DNA of 64,000 nucleotides from a virus (Duplodnaviria; Caudoviricetes), in IMG/VR virus record IMGVR_UViG_2551306416_000003, positions 444 through 64,443 of that record, one strand, 5' to 3'. The notes below the pieces were generated by a model that worked only from the letters and a program-made list of their open reading frames with translations, searched no databases and had not been told where the DNA came from. This document shows, piece by piece, positions 38,499-48,641 of this stretch (its first letter is position 1; each line of letters opens with the position of its first letter). The position numbers were made by a program, and so were the translations under genes.

Positions 38499-40225
38499 TA
38501 GACGATGATGGGGAGATAAGCACGGTTCTTCGGTCTAGTCTCAATACCGCCATAGGAAAGCAATGGCGATGCACGGCTAACGTTGCCGCCGGACGCGTAG
38601 TCATACACTGCACCGCCTCCACCAAATACCCAGGACGCCGCGCCGTTTCCGTGGTTGTGTGATTCCACCGATTGGCCTTCTTCCGATCCAACTTGGCGCC
38701 CTGTGATGGTTGCGTTGACTGCGCCGCCGGCCGTGGCGGCTACCGATAGGGTGATGCTGGTTGCGGATGTAATTGATGCGACCGTGGCGCCGGCGGGAAT
38801 GCCTGGTGCCGTGAGGCTCTGCCCGACATAAAGGCCCTTGGTCGTGCCAATGCCTGTGACAGCTTTGGACCCGGCAGCGAGCGTCATTAAGAGAATGGAT
38901 TGGTCATAGCCACGACTACCATCTGTTGCACGTTCAAACAGGCCACGATCATCCATGAGGCCGAACGTTGTAGCTCCGCCGCCATTGCCGTAGCCGTGAA
39001 GAAAGAAGCGGCCGGCAGCATCTGCGGTGCTCGCGGTTGCATTGGCCGACAGCGTGATCTGGTTGGCGCTGTCGATACTCCTGATGGTTGTCCCTGCTGG
39101 TACGGTGTCATGCTCGTAAGGCATCCCTACCCAAAGATCAGTTGTACGAGAAAGGCCGCTCACAATGGCGCCGGCTGCATTCTGCGTAATGGTGCCGGTT
39201 CTGACCGGCGCCAGGATATTGAAGAGGCCAGGATACGTAGCGCGAGGGTAAGCGCTGCCATCACGCACCAGCGCCCACACCGGACAGTCCAGGGTCGGCC
39301 ACATGAGGGCGGTTCCTGTCAGGGCCGTAGCTGCGCCGATGTTTTTCCTGGCAGTGTCGGCGTTGGTAACGTCTTGCAGGTTCTTGCTGGCATCCAGAGG
39401 ATTGATGACTGTTCCAGCGGTTTCATTCTGCGCCACCGTGATGCGCGTACCCTTGGGATATGGCTTCGCAAGGATAAGACGATTGATACTGGCGATGGTG
39501 TAGTCAATGTCCTTATCCAGGCGAGCGCCACCGATGAAAACCACAATGCCATTAGTGGTCACTTTCATCAGGTCCACAATGGTCTGCTCCGCAGCCAAGG
39601 TAGTAGATTCTTCCGCCGTACTGACGTTGATCCTAACGCCGTCGGTCAGGTCTACCCATTCCACGTCCCCACTGGTATTGGTTTTCTTGCGCAAGACCTG
39701 GCCCACAAGGCCACCTGGAATAACATCGGCCGGGTTATGCGTATGAGCTTTCTGCGCCGCGTAGCTTTCCAGGTAGCTACGAGTCGCCAGTACCACGCTG
39801 GGATCAATTTTCAGTTCAACATTACTCGCGCTGGTCATGATGATGACCATGCGTACCACTTGGGTACGGCCGGAACCTTCGGCGAGCTGGGGCTTGTAGG
39901 TTGGCGGACAATTTCCGTAGGCAATCAGATCGCCATCTTCGTCATACAGGCCCAACTCGCGCATCCACCAGCCACCCTCCTTCTCGGGAATGACAAGTTC
40001 AGCGATCAACTGATTAGTATTGATGGGATCGCGTGAGAGTTGGTTCAGCAAGGCTTTGTACTGCTGGTTATAGAGCTTGGTGCGGCTCCTGTCTGGCGTA
40101 GGGACCACGCCCCCACCATCACCCACAGCCATCTGTTTGAATCGCAAGGGAATGCCCAAGGCTTTGGCATTCGCGTCCTTCGCCTCTCCTACAGCCGTCA
40201 GGATGCAATAAAAATTCTGTGCCAT
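38495..40225 (-). CDS. Tail fibre protein gpH
   Basis: P2 H N-terminus (MAVGDGGG...WWMRELGL.D.DG.LIA.GN.P.TYKP.L.EGSGR), collar, ETRPKN.A tip. Confidence 0.92.
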   Translation of the reverse strand: MAQNFYCILTAVGEAKDANAKALGIPLRFKQMAVGDGGGVVPTPDRSRTKLYNQQYKALLNQLSRDPINTNQLIAELVIPEKEGGWWMRELGLYDEDGDLIAYGNCPPTYKPQLAEGSGRTQVVRMVIIMTSASNVELKIDPSVVLATRSYLESYAAQKAHTHNPADVIPGGLVGQVLRKKTNTSGDVEWVDLTDGVRINVSTAEESTTLAAEQTIVDLMKVTTNGIVVFIGGARLDKDIDYTIASINRLILAKPYPKGTRITVAQNETAGTVINPLDASKNLQDVTNADTARKNIGAATALTGTALMWPTLDCPVWALVRDGSAYPRATYPGLFNILAPVRTGTITQNAAGAIVSGLSRTTDLWVGMPYEHDTVPAGTTIRSIDSANQITLSANATASTADAAGRFFLHGYGNGGGATTFGLMDDRGLFERATDGSRGYDQSILLMTLAAGSKAVTGIGTTKGLYVGQSLTAPGIPAGATVASITSATSITLSVAATAGGAVNATITGRQVGSEEGQSVESHNHGNGAASWVFGGGGAVYDYASGGNVSRASPLLSYGGIETRPKNRAYLPIIVY

Positions 40226-40232
40226 TTCTTCC

Positions 40233-40862
40233 TCAGTTAATACGTGGGGTTACTGTCATGGTGTCGATGATGTGGACGCAGGCATAGAATCCACATCCCA
40301 GAGATAACTCAATGGGGCCGGGCGAATAGGGATAGACGGTGGTCTCATCGCCCAAGAACGTCGCCACAGCAATACCAGCGATCCCCCTGACTTCCAGATG
40401 GATCGACAAGCCGGTGAGATGCCGCGACAGCGGCTTGGCATCATCAATGAGGCGTTCCATCTCAAGAAACATTTCATCGGTAATGCCGGCGTCCAGCACA
40501 CCAACTTCCAGCGCAAAGGTGCCACGCTGGCCGCGCGGTTCGGTTTGCCACCACTCACGAATCTTGATGATGTAGCCCAGGGACTCGACCACGCCGCGCA
40601 CGGCGGCAATGGTCCCCTTGTGCTGGTGGATATAGCGGGCGGCTTTGATGGTGCCGCGCTTGATCGACTCCGGCCAAGTGTCGTCCCAGCGATCCACTGA
40701 AAAAGACCAGGCCAGGAAGGGCAGCAGTTCTACCGGGCAACGGTCGGCATTCCATAGGTCTCGAATGGGCACGGGAGTGTCCGCCAGCGCCGCGCAGGCA
40801 CGCGCCATGGCTCGCTCCAAGGGCGTGGTATTCGGTGGCAAGGTCGGGACGGGGTTATACAC
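40233..40862 (-). CDS. Baseplate/tail protein gpI
   Basis: LPPNTT.LERA...CP..LLP.LAW.FSVD.W...HKGT. Confidence 0.93.
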   Translation of the reverse strand: MYNPVPTLPPNTTPLERAMARACAALADTPVPIRDLWNADRCPVELLPFLAWSFSVDRWDDTWPESIKRGTIKAARYIHQHKGTIAAVRGVVESLGYIIKIREWWQTEPRGQRGTFALEVGVLDAGITDEMFLEMERLIDDAKPLSRHLTGLSIHLEVRGIAGIAVATFLGDETTVYPYSPGPIELSLGCGFYACVHIIDTMTVTPRIN

Positions 40863-41778
40863 GGTCCACCTCTTCCAGTACCTCGGCGGTGATGCGAATG
40901 CCGGTACAGCGCGCGGCCTGTGTCCGGCCGCACAGAATGTCTGCGGCAGGCGATTTCACCAAGACATTGCGCACGCCCTCGACCTTGAGCGCAGCCACGT
41001 AGGCATTGCGATAGACGCTGTAGCCGAGCGGGCGCAGCGGCTCGGCCATGAGCGCAGCGTTTGCCCTGGCGGCATTGAGCGCAATCGAGGCTTCCGGGCC
41101 TTTCTCCACATACACCACGGCTTCCAGCTCGTAGTCCGTAACCTGACCCTGTACGACTGAAACCAGATCGCCCAGCGGCCGGACATCCTCGGCCGAGAGC
41201 GCCGCATCGACAGCCTCTAGCAGATCGGCTGGCGCTTGCCAATCGGCCGAGTTGGCCAGGACGGCCACCACGACTTCGCACGGCGCCGGGCTGACGGCGC
41301 GCGCGTCCAGCACACGGCCGTCAGCGCTGCGTGCGTGAAACTCATACGCATTGCGTGGCCCGGCCGTCGATAAGGCATCGGGTGCTTCCTGGATGCGCAG
41401 CCGGTAGGCATCATCACCTTCCAGCACTTCGGCCACGGGCGGCGAGGCATCAGGATCAGCCTCGATCAGCACCAGGCGCTTGACGGTGGTATTGGCGCCG
41501 ATCTGATCGAGGTCTGGACCGATGGCGAATGCCAGCATGACCGCCTTGGCGGCATCGTTCACCCGGTTGCGCAGCAGCAGCTCTTGATAGGCGTTCTCTT
41601 GCAGCAGCTTGGTGGCCGGCTCGGACTCCAGAGATAGCACATTGGCAGCGGCCTCGCGCTGGTCTTCCGGCAGCAGTGCAAGGACAGCCGCTTTGCGATT
41701 GGCGAGGATGGTCTCGTAATCGAGGCTTTCCAGCACTTGCGGCGCCGGCAGCAGGGACAGATCGATAGGCGAACTCAT
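40855..41778 (-). CDS. Baseplate protein gpJ
   Basis: MSSPIDLS.LPAP..LE.LDYE...STAGP..AYEFHARSADGRV. Confidence 0.93.
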   Translation of the reverse strand: MSSPIDLSLLPAPQVLESLDYETILANRKAAVLALLPEDQREAAANVLSLESEPATKLLQENAYQELLLRNRVNDAAKAVMLAFAIGPDLDQIGANTTVKRLVLIEADPDASPPVAEVLEGDDAYRLRIQEAPDALSTAGPRNAYEFHARSADGRVLDARAVSPAPCEVVVAVLANSADWQAPADLLEAVDAALSAEDVRPLGDLVSVVQGQVTDYELEAVVYVEKGPEASIALNAARANAALMAEPLRPLGYSVYRNAYVAALKVEGVRNVLVKSPAADILCGRTQAARCTGIRITAEVLEEVDRV

Positions 41779-42119
41779 TGCACGGTCCCTTCCCGGACCT
41801 GCACAGAGAATTCGACGGCCAGGCCGTTGGTGATGCCTTGCAAGACCACGGACACGGCGCCGGTAGCATCCCGGTTCAGATTGACCGACGATAGCGAGAT
41901 GCGCGGTTCCCACAGCGCCAGGCGATAGGCCACGGCGGCATAGATGCGCATGACGGTAACGCCATTCAGCGGCTGGTCGATCAGTTCGGGGATTTCGGAA
42001 CCGTAGTTGCGGCGGTAGATGCGACTGCCCAGCGGTGTCATGAGAATGTCGCGCACGCACTGGCGGATGTGGTCCAGCAGGGACATGCTGCGACCGGTTG
42101 AGGCGTTCATGGCGATCAT
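41775..42119 (-). CDS. Baseplate wedge protein gpW
   Basis: HIRQ.V.DIL.TPLGSR..RR.YGS. Confidence 0.93.
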   Translation of the reverse strand: MIAMNASTGRSMSLLDHIRQCVRDILMTPLGSRIYRRNYGSEIPELIDQPLNGVTVMRIYAAVAYRLALWEPRISLSSVNLNRDATGAVSVVLQGITNGLAVEFSVQVREGTVQ

Positions 42120-42760
42120 GGCAGCGGTGCTCCTGACTTCTCATCGCCGCGCTTGACCTGGCCATGCGGGTGATGGCGCAGGCTGATATCACCGGCCATC
42201 ACGTCGCCTGTTGCTTGCACCTGGCCATCGATGACCATCGCGGTGCCACCGTCGCCCCCTTGAACCCTGGCGCCATTGTTCAGCGCGCTAAAGCCTTCCA
42301 CCAGCAGATTGCCCTTGATGGTCACATTGCCTGTACAGGTGGTTTGCTGCGCGTCGGCGGTTACCGCATCGGCTTTTACCAGGGCCGAGCTGCCGGCCGG
42401 AAGGATGGCCGACAACGTGTGTCGGGCGAAGTCGTACAGCACCACGGCGCCATCGGGGTAGTGGATGGAGCGGATCTTGAGAGAGGATTGCGGCGCTGGC
42501 GAATCGGCCGAGAACAGGCCGGCCAGCACCTTGCCTTGCGTCAGGTCGCCATTTGGAGAAAAGACGATGACTTGCTCACCGATGGACGGCGGGCACCAAT
42601 CGATGACATCCCCGGCGCGCAATGCGATCCACTGCAGCCAGGTGGTCAGCAACGAGGGAGATAAGCGCACGCGCACCTTGTCCGCATTGATTTCGGCAAT
42701 CTTGCCGGTGCGGATCAAATTCGGGATGGTGCGAACGAGTTCGGAGAGGTCGGGCGTCAT
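42116..42760 (-). CDS. Baseplate spike gpV
   Basis: N.IR.G.I...W.PS.GEQV...HPHG tip. Confidence 0.93.
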   Translation of the reverse strand: MTPDLSELVRTIPNLIRTGKIAEINADKVRVRLSPSLLTTWLQWIALRAGDVIDWCPPSIGEQVIVFSPNGDLTQGKVLAGLFSADSPAPQSSLKIRSIHYPDGAVVLYDFARHTLSAILPAGSSALVKADAVTADAQQTTCTGNVTIKGNLLVEGFSALNNGARVQGGDGGTAMVIDGQVQATGDVMAGDISLRHHPHGQVKRGDEKSGAPLP

Positions 42761-42806
42761 GCAACCCATGTTGCCGGATCGCGCGCGGGAAGGCACGAAC
42801 CGGCGG

Positions 42807-42827
42807 GTTGATAACGATTTATCTAAC
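42807..42827 (-). promoter_or_regulatory. Putative Ogr-binding site of late promoter pV
   Basis: GTT-N15-AAC, 19 nt, CGCGCGCG, 19 nt, ATG; same architecture upstream of the terminase gene. Confidence 0.55.
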
Positions 42828-42867
42828 TAAGTAAGTAGGCGAGCAACATAGGTCCGATATTTCAATA

Positions 42868-44577
42868 TTAGAAGGTCTCCCAGTTCTCCTCATTTTCTTT
42901 TTTCTTGTTTTCTGGAGTGGGTAGAACCTGTATGTTTTTCCCCGTTCCATTTAACGTTCGTTGTTGCTCGCGCTTGGCGCCAGCCGTGGAATGCGGAACG
43001 ACCTTCGCTGCTGGCGCTTGAGGATGATCTAATGCATCGATTCTGAATACACTGACTACCGTAGACAGGCGTTTCGCTTGATCTTGCAAAGATTGGGCTG
43101 CGGCAGCAGCTTCCTCAACAAGAGCTGCATTTTGTTGGGTTACCTGATCCATTTGCATGACTGCTTGATTCACCTGCTCAATACCGTCGCTCTGCTCCCG
43201 GGTAGCTTCGGAAATCTCGGTAACTATGTTGGTGACTTGCTGGATGCTGGCAACGACCTCGTTCATCGTCTGTCCAGCTTCCGCGACCAATTCACTTCCA
43301 GAACTCACTTTATCGACCGAGTTCTGGATAAGTTCCTTGATCTCTTTTGCTGCAGTTGCAGAACGCTGCGCCAATACGCGAACTTCTGAAGCAACGACAG
43401 CAAATCCCCTACCTTGCTCACCAGCCCTTGCAGCTTCGACCGCAGCATTTAAAGCAAGGATATTCGTCTGAAACGCAATACCATCGATTACGGAAATGAT
43501 ATCGACAATTTTATTGGACGAGTCATTAATAGAACTCATCGTTTGAACGACCTTTTCGACAACGGTGCCACCTTGTTTTGCAATTTGCGAGGAATGCAAA
43601 GCGAGCTCACTTGCTTTACGCGAATGCTCTGCGTTTTGTTTTACCGTCGAAGTTAGCTCTTCCATGGAAGATGCGGTTTCCTCCAGCGAACTGGCTTGCT
43701 CTTCCGTCCGAGATGAAAGATCCAAATTGCCGGTGGCTATTTGCGTTGATGCGGTCACCATAGAATCCGTCCCGTGCCGGACCTCCTTAACGATGTCTTT
43801 CAACTTCTGATTCATCACTGCGAGGGCTTGCAGCAACCTGCCGGTTTCGTCTTTTTGTGATTGTTGTATATCGGAGGTTAGATCTCCTGCTGCCACCTGT
43901 TCGGCCACAGACAAGGCTTGGTTAAGCGGCGATGTGATTCCGCGAGAAATAAGTAGTGCAACGAGAACAGCGAAGATACTGGCAACTAATCCGCTTGCCA
44001 CCATGGTCAGACGAGTATTTTCATAATTCTCTTTTGCTTCGACGACCGCCTGATTCATTAACTCTTGTTGTGTATCGGACAGGCCATCTAGTTCCTTCAT
44101 GTATTTCTTTTGGAGCGGAGCCATTTTCGTCCGCAGCAGTTCGACAGCGCTATCTCGATCATCTAACTCCTGGAGTCGAATGACTTCCAGCATCACAGCG
44201 CTATACTCACCACGAGCTTGGATAACCCTTTCGAGCTGCGATTTTGCTTTCGGACGAATGATGAGTTGGGTGAGCTGTTCGTACAGCTTGGTGTTTTCTG
44301 CTAAAAGCCGATCAGCTTCGACTTTTTCCTGAGCGGCTTCCGTGCGATTTGATGAAATTAGCCGGTTGCGTACCGACAGCGCAATATCGTCTGTGTTGCT
44401 TGAAATCGTATTGATGATGGCGACCTTCTTGTAGCGGTCATTTACGACATGGTCCAAAGATTCATTGACTTCTGACAGCCGTGATAACCCCAGTATCACG
44501 ATGCCAATGATTATCAAGACGAGTGTCGCGAAGGCGATACCTAGTCGAGTACCTATGCTCAGATCTTGAAAACGCAT
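42868..44577 (-). CDS. Methyl-accepting chemotaxis protein (prophage moron)
   Basis: TM1, four-helix sensor, TM2, HAMP, and signalling hairpin [30 protein letters not shown]. Confidence 0.97.
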   Translation of the reverse strand: MRFQDLSIGTRLGIAFATLVLIIIGIVILGLSRLSEVNESLDHVVNDRYKKVAIINTISSNTDDIALSVRNRLISSNRTEAAQEKVEADRLLAENTKLYEQLTQLIIRPKAKSQLERVIQARGEYSAVMLEVIRLQELDDRDSAVELLRTKMAPLQKKYMKELDGLSDTQQELMNQAVVEAKENYENTRLTMVASGLVASIFAVLVALLISRGITSPLNQALSVAEQVAAGDLTSDIQQSQKDETGRLLQALAVMNQKLKDIVKEVRHGTDSMVTASTQIATGNLDLSSRTEEQASSLEETASSMEELTSTVKQNAEHSRKASELALHSSQIAKQGGTVVEKVVQTMSSINDSSNKIVDIISVIDGIAFQTNILALNAAVEAARAGEQGRGFAVVASEVRVLAQRSATAAKEIKELIQNSVDKVSSGSELVAEAGQTMNEVVASIQQVTNIVTEISEATREQSDGIEQVNQAVMQMDQVTQQNAALVEEAAAAAQSLQDQAKRLSTVVSVFRIDALDHPQAPAAKVVPHSTAGAKREQQRTLNGTGKNIQVLPTPENKKKENEENWETF

Positions 44578-44712
44578 TATTTTCCCCATTGAAATAATCT
44601 GTGCGAACACTGGCTAGTGTTCGAGAGCTTTGGCGAAATCTTGTGTTCTTATGATGCATAAGATACATGGATCAACTAGACAATCAACTCGATTTTTCTT
44701 TTTTGCCCAGCT

Positions 44713-45189
44713 TTAATATCGCGCGTTCTCTTCCAAAGAGAAAAGAATAAATTGGCGAATTTTCTCAGTATCATTTGGCGAGAAACCAAGCAGTCTTCGC
44801 GCAGGATATTTGTAGCTCGGACCACGTGGCGCTACTTTGTCTTGCAGCCCTTCATGATGCACGCGAGCAATACGCGCCACCTTGCCGAAGAAGCCGACCG
44901 ATGCCTGATTGGCGTCTGCCTGGATCTGTAGGTAAGCATTCGTGCGCAGCTTGTTGAACATGGCCGCTTTCTGCCGCTTGATCCTTCCTGACTTGCTACG
45001 CAGTTCCTTGCGATTCTTACGTGCAGGATAGGGCGTGCCGTCCGGCGCTATCTGCTGCGCGATCATCCTGGCGTGCTCGCGCCGTAGATCGTTGGCCACC
45101 TGGCGAACGAGCTGGCGCCGTTGCGCTGGCTGTACCTTCGCGATGAGAGCGGCGGCCCATTCTTCCAGTCGTTGCAGGTCGTCACTCAT
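44713..45189 (-). CDS. Tail completion protein gpS
   Basis: I..Q..PDG.PY..R...MF.KL...ARIARVH.EGL...Y..R.LLG. Confidence 0.92.
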   Translation of the reverse strand: MSDDLQRLEEWAAALIAKVQPAQRRQLVRQVANDLRREHARMIAQQIAPDGTPYPARKNRKELRSKSGRIKRQKAAMFNKLRTNAYLQIQADANQASVGFFGKVARIARVHHEGLQDKVAPRGPSYKYPARRLLGFSPNDTEKIRQFILFSLEENARY

Positions 45190-45671
45190 GGCAGCTTCGG
45201 CACGTCCCATTCGGCCAGCAGGCTATCGCCCCGGTAGAGCTGCCAGAAATCATCGGAAAAGGGCGGGGTGAGCTGCGGTTCGGCTGCATGGCTAATTTGC
45301 AGCCGGCCACCATCCTGACGTTTCACGATGGTGCGCTCGGTGAGCGTGAGCTTGATCGACAGATCGAGAGATTGGGCGCTGTTCATGTCCACCTCGAAGC
45401 GCACGGCCTTCTTCGCGTTCTCAGGATTGGCGAAGGCTTCTCGCTGATGAACCCGCATCCAGGCCAAGAGGGGAACAAATACCACGTCAAGATCGAGACC
45501 AAAATCGGTCAAGATCAGGTTCAGCACGTATTCATACTCGAAGGACAGGCCCGCCGTACCGGTGGCACGGGTGCCGCCCTCATCGATGAAGATGTGCAGC
45601 TTGTCCGGGTTCTGGGCCAGTTCCTTAATGGCCTTGCGCAGGTAGTCCCGCAGATTGTTGGGCTTGTACAT
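45186..45671 (-). CDS. Tail completion protein gpR
   Basis: MYKP..LR...NPDKL.IFIDEG...LSFEY.Y.LN. Confidence 0.92.
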   Translation of the reverse strand: MYKPNNLRDYLRKAIKELAQNPDKLHIFIDEGGTRATGTAGLSFEYEYVLNLILTDFGLDLDVVFVPLLAWMRVHQREAFANPENAKKAVRFEVDMNSAQSLDLSIKLTLTERTIVKRQDGGRLQISHAAEPQLTPPFSDDFWQLYRGDSLLAEWDVPKLP

Positions 45672-46194
45672 TCAGTTTTTCTCGCAAGGCATTGTAGGCA
45701 TCGATCAGGGCATTGGCTTGTCGGATGGCGTCATCGCCTTGGCTGGCGATGTCGTCAAGAAACTCTGCTGCCGCTGGCGTAAGTTCGGCTCGCGCTTCCT
45801 GGCCAGCTCTCCCGGTAGTGCCGGAATCTGGGCAACTGGCCCCGGCTGGCATTGCGGCGATGACGGGGACTGACAGCCGGATAGCGCCACTGCGCACGCC
45901 AGCAATGTAAGTGTCTTTTTCATGGCGGGCTGCATCCCTTTCGTTCGTGAGCTTGTCGGTAATGGCCTGGATAGTATCGCGTGCGTTGCGCTCGGCCTGT
46001 AGAACCTTCTGCGTGCGTTCAGCCCTAGCGTCCGCCGCCGCCTGATTGGCCAAGGCAATCCCGGCCTTCAGGTGGTCAATGTCGGCATCCTTTCGCCATC
46101 CCTGGATTGCCCAGGCAGATGCAAAGGCCGCCGCCAGTAAGCCGACGCCGAGCCCGGCACACAACCGGGTGCGCCAGGCGTCGGTCAGCGTCAT
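45625..46194 (-). CDS. Rz-like inner-membrane spanin (LysB)
   Basis: N-terminal TM, coiled coil, G..RLSV motif. Confidence 0.85.
   Translation of the reverse strand: MTLTDAWRTRLCAGLGVGLLAAAFASAWAIQGWRKDADIDHLKAGIALANQAAADARAERTQKVLQAERNARDTIQAITDKLTNERDAARHEKDTYIAGVRSGAIRLSVPVIAAMPAGASCPDSGTTGRAGQEARAELTPAAAEFLDDIASQGDDAIRQANALIDAYNALREKLNVQAQQSAGLPAQGH
45705..45923 (-). CDS. Rz1-like outer-membrane lipoprotein spanin embedded in Rz
   Basis: MKKTLTLLACAVALSGC lipobox in an alternative frame; Pro-rich. Confidence 0.8.
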   Translation of the reverse strand: MKKTLTLLACAVALSGCQSPSSPQCQPGPVAQIPALPGELARKREPNLRQRQQSFLTTSPAKAMTPSDKPMP

Positions 46195-46721
46195 GCCAAC
46201 ACCCCACCGGCTTGTACGAAGGCCAGGTGCAGTTCTTCGCTGGTCTTCGGGATGGGCAGCACAATGGCCTCGCCGCCTTCGAGGAGGAAGGCTTGTTCCA
46301 GATCCGCATAACGGTGCTCAAACTGGCCGTAGCCAGCACCCGGCAACGACGCCCAGATGTTCTTGCACTTGGCGATCGCGTCACTCAGGCGGCCGGCATC
46401 AATATCGGGCAGCGCCCGGCACTCCTTTATCTGTTGCAGGGCGATGGCATCCTGCACATCCGGTGCAAAGCCCTTCAGTTTCAGTAGGGGCGCGTAATGG
46501 TCGTAGTAGCGCATCAGCAACTGATAGCCACCGGCTGCGGTGGACCACACCTTGTAGCGCGGCAGGTAGACCCGCACGCGCGGATGGTCGGCATAGCTGG
46601 TAAAGCGGGTGCGGCCGACAATCTGGTCATAGCCTCGGTCGCGCGTGGTCGGGGAATTCGAGGTGCCTTCAGAAAAACGGATCATGCCCAGGAAGGCGCG
46701 GCGGTTGTCGAGTGGATTCAC
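46191..46721 (-). CDS. Endolysin, lambda-R-like lysozyme/transglycosylase
   Basis: AFL.MI..SEGT...STAAG.YQ.L...QD..A...WASLPG.GYGQ. Confidence 0.93.
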   Translation of the reverse strand: MNPLDNRRAFLGMIRFSEGTSNSPTTRDRGYDQIVGRTRFTSYADHPRVRVYLPRYKVWSTAAGGYQLLMRYYDHYAPLLKLKGFAPDVQDAIALQQIKECRALPDIDAGRLSDAIAKCKNIWASLPGAGYGQFEHRYADLEQAFLLEGGEAIVLPIPKTSEELHLAFVQAGGVLA

Positions 46722-47128
46722 AGCGTTTCCTTCACGTCACGCGCCAGCTCGGCAATGTCCTTGCCCTGACGCCGTTGGAACCACAATGCCACGGCCCGCG
46801 TAACCCACCAGGCCGGCGCGCCGACCATCAGATCGACCGGCTTCGGCCCCAGCACGGTGGCCACGGTGGATGCATGTTGCACCAGCAGCGAAAACGCCAG
46901 GTCACCGAACATGATCGAGAACGCGCCCGCGCAGGCCAGGCGCACCACAAATTCCTTCTCATTGAAGGAGCCATCGGCATTGCGCGGCGGCAGGACGATG
47001 TACAGCAGCGCAGCACCTGCCATGCCCAGCACCGCCTTGATGCCGTAGATTTTCAGGACGGCAGCGATGCCGCCCGCGGATTCTGCTGCCATAACTTGGT
47101 TTCCCCTTGTCAGTGATTTCGTATTCAT
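46718..47128 (-). CDS. Holin
   Basis: Hydrophobic segments, basic C-terminus, directly upstream of the endolysin. Confidence 0.8.
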   Translation of the reverse strand: MNTKSLTRGNQVMAAESAGGIAAVLKIYGIKAVLGMAGAALLYIVLPPRNADGSFNEKEFVVRLACAGAFSIMFGDLAFSLLVQHASTVATVLGPKPVDLMVGAPAWWVTRAVALWFQRRQGKDIAELARDVKETL

Positions 47129-47132
47129 GTGT

Positions 47133-47342
47133 TCAATCCCACAGGCTGATGCTGTCTTGCGTGGTGGCCGATGCTTCCAGCGCGGCTGGTAGTGTGACGA
47201 TGGTCCCGGCCGGCAACACCGCGCCGAGTGCGGCGAGTGCCGGATTTAAGGCCAGCGCCTGTTCCACGTAGCCGCTGCTGGCGCCCAGGTAGCGAAACAC
47301 CAGCGCATCAAGCGTGTCGCCTTGCTGGCTGCGTACCTGCAT
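47133..47342 (-). CDS. Tail protein gpX
   Basis: QGDTLDAL..RY.G......L..NP.LA.LG..LP.GT.V.LP. Confidence 0.92.
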   Translation of the reverse strand: MQVRSQQGDTLDALVFRYLGASSGYVEQALALNPALAALGAVLPAGTIVTLPAALEASATTQDSISLWD

Positions 47343-47833
47343 CAGATCAACTCCACGGTGGCGTGCGTGCGGCCGAGAATGTCATTGATGGCCCAATGGC
47401 CATTACGGCGCTGCACGTCCGGCGCGGTATCCATCCATTCCATGTTTTTCTTGTCGGTCAGGGCGCTCGCTGTGGTGTCGTAGTCCCGATAGCTTTCGAA
47501 GATGTCGGCCTTGGCGAAGCTGTAGACGGCGCGCCGGTAGTGCGCCACGTACTGACTTTCACCGTCCACCTTGAGCGCGGGTACTTGGTCCAGCGTCTGG
47601 ATGCCGCTGGCCAGGTGGCCCGCTTGCCACTCTCGCAGCAGCCGGTTAGTGGTCAGGATTGCGTCCACCAGCGCCGGGCGCAGGCGGGCATCCGTGACTG
47701 TTGAATCCAGCCGCATGGCATCGCGCATGGCAGACATGCTGATGTCAGGGAAAAAGCCGTCATTGGTGATGTCCTTCACATCGGCCGGCGTGGTCGGCCC
47801 CGGTATCACCGGTACGTCATCAAGGTAGTTCAT
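47342..47833 (-). CDS. Head completion protein gpL
   Basis: NDGFFPDI...RLD.TVT..RL...Y.RAVY. Confidence 0.9.
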   Translation of the reverse strand: MNYLDDVPVIPGPTTPADVKDITNDGFFPDISMSAMRDAMRLDSTVTDARLRPALVDAILTTNRLLREWQAGHLASGIQTLDQVPALKVDGESQYVAHYRRAVYSFAKADIFESYRDYDTTASALTDKKNMEWMDTAPDVQRRNGHWAINDILGRTHATVELI

Positions 47834-47921
47834 GGTCTTGGAGAGAGTGGGGGCGGTGGCCGGGACATCCGACGAACTGTGTCGCTTCCGTCCCGGGCCG
47901 CCCTGCGCCGTGGGGTGCTCT

Positions 47922-48641
47922 TTACTTGGCCGGCTCGGCAAACTTCTTCAGGCGCCGTTCCAGCCGCTCGATTTCCTTCTTGACGCCGGCCGCCTGGTGC
48001 AGCTCGCTCGCACGGGTGAGGTGCTGGAGTGCGGCCGTGGCCTGGTCGGCAGAGGCCGGCGTGATGTTCTCGGCATCCACCTGATTGACCAGCTCCAGCA
48101 GGGCCAGGCCCAGCGCCTTATGCACCTTGGCGCGCGCCTGGTCGGGCGTGTCGGCATTGCCGGTCATGGCTAGCACCTGCTGCAGGATGTTGGCGGCGCG
48201 TGCGGGGTCGTCCTTCAGCTTGCCGCCCAGGCTGGCGCCGGCAAAGTCATCCTGCAGCAGCGTGGGCAAGGTGCGGTTATAGCGATCCGGCAGAGTGAAC
48301 CGGTGCTCCAGCGCATAGGCCGAGAGCTGCAAGGCCCGTTCGTAGTCGCCGACATCGATGTGCCACACCAGCACGTTCACCAGCACTTCGTCATGGGCGC
48401 CACGGCCGGCCGACAGCACGCCATCAATCCAGTCTTGATAGGCCGGCAGCATGGTGGCCTTCATCTCAATCTTGCGTTCGATGGATTGGATGTTGGACAG
48501 CGTGCGGCGGTCTTCGTGGAGCTTCATCAGCATCAGCTCATAGGCGCTGCCGGTGGTCACGCCGCCAGGCTCGCCGGCAGCCGCCGCCAGCTTGCCCAGC
48601 ATCCGTTCCCGATGGCGCGCAGCGGGAGACAGGCGCGACAT
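47922..48641 (-). CDS. Terminase small (endonuclease) subunit gpM
   Basis: SPA.RHR...K..ML..Y..W..GVL...W..D.G...GVKK.IE.LER. Confidence 0.93.
   Translation of the reverse strand: MSRLSPAARHRERMLGKLAAAAGEPGGVTTGSAYELMLMKLHEDRRTLSNIQSIERKIEMKATMLPAYQDWIDGVLSAGRGAHDEVLVNVLVWHIDVGDYERALQLSAYALEHRFTLPDRYNRTLPTLLQDDFAGASLGGKLKDDPARAANILQQVLAMTGNADTPDQARAKVHKALGLALLELVNQVDAENITPASADQATAALQHLTRASELHQAAGVKKEIERLERRLKKFAEPAK

Noticed and set aside
37010-40225. Tail-fibre inversion or diversity-generating retroelement
   Set aside because: No invertase, flanking inverted repeats, reverse transcriptase or TR/VR pair seen
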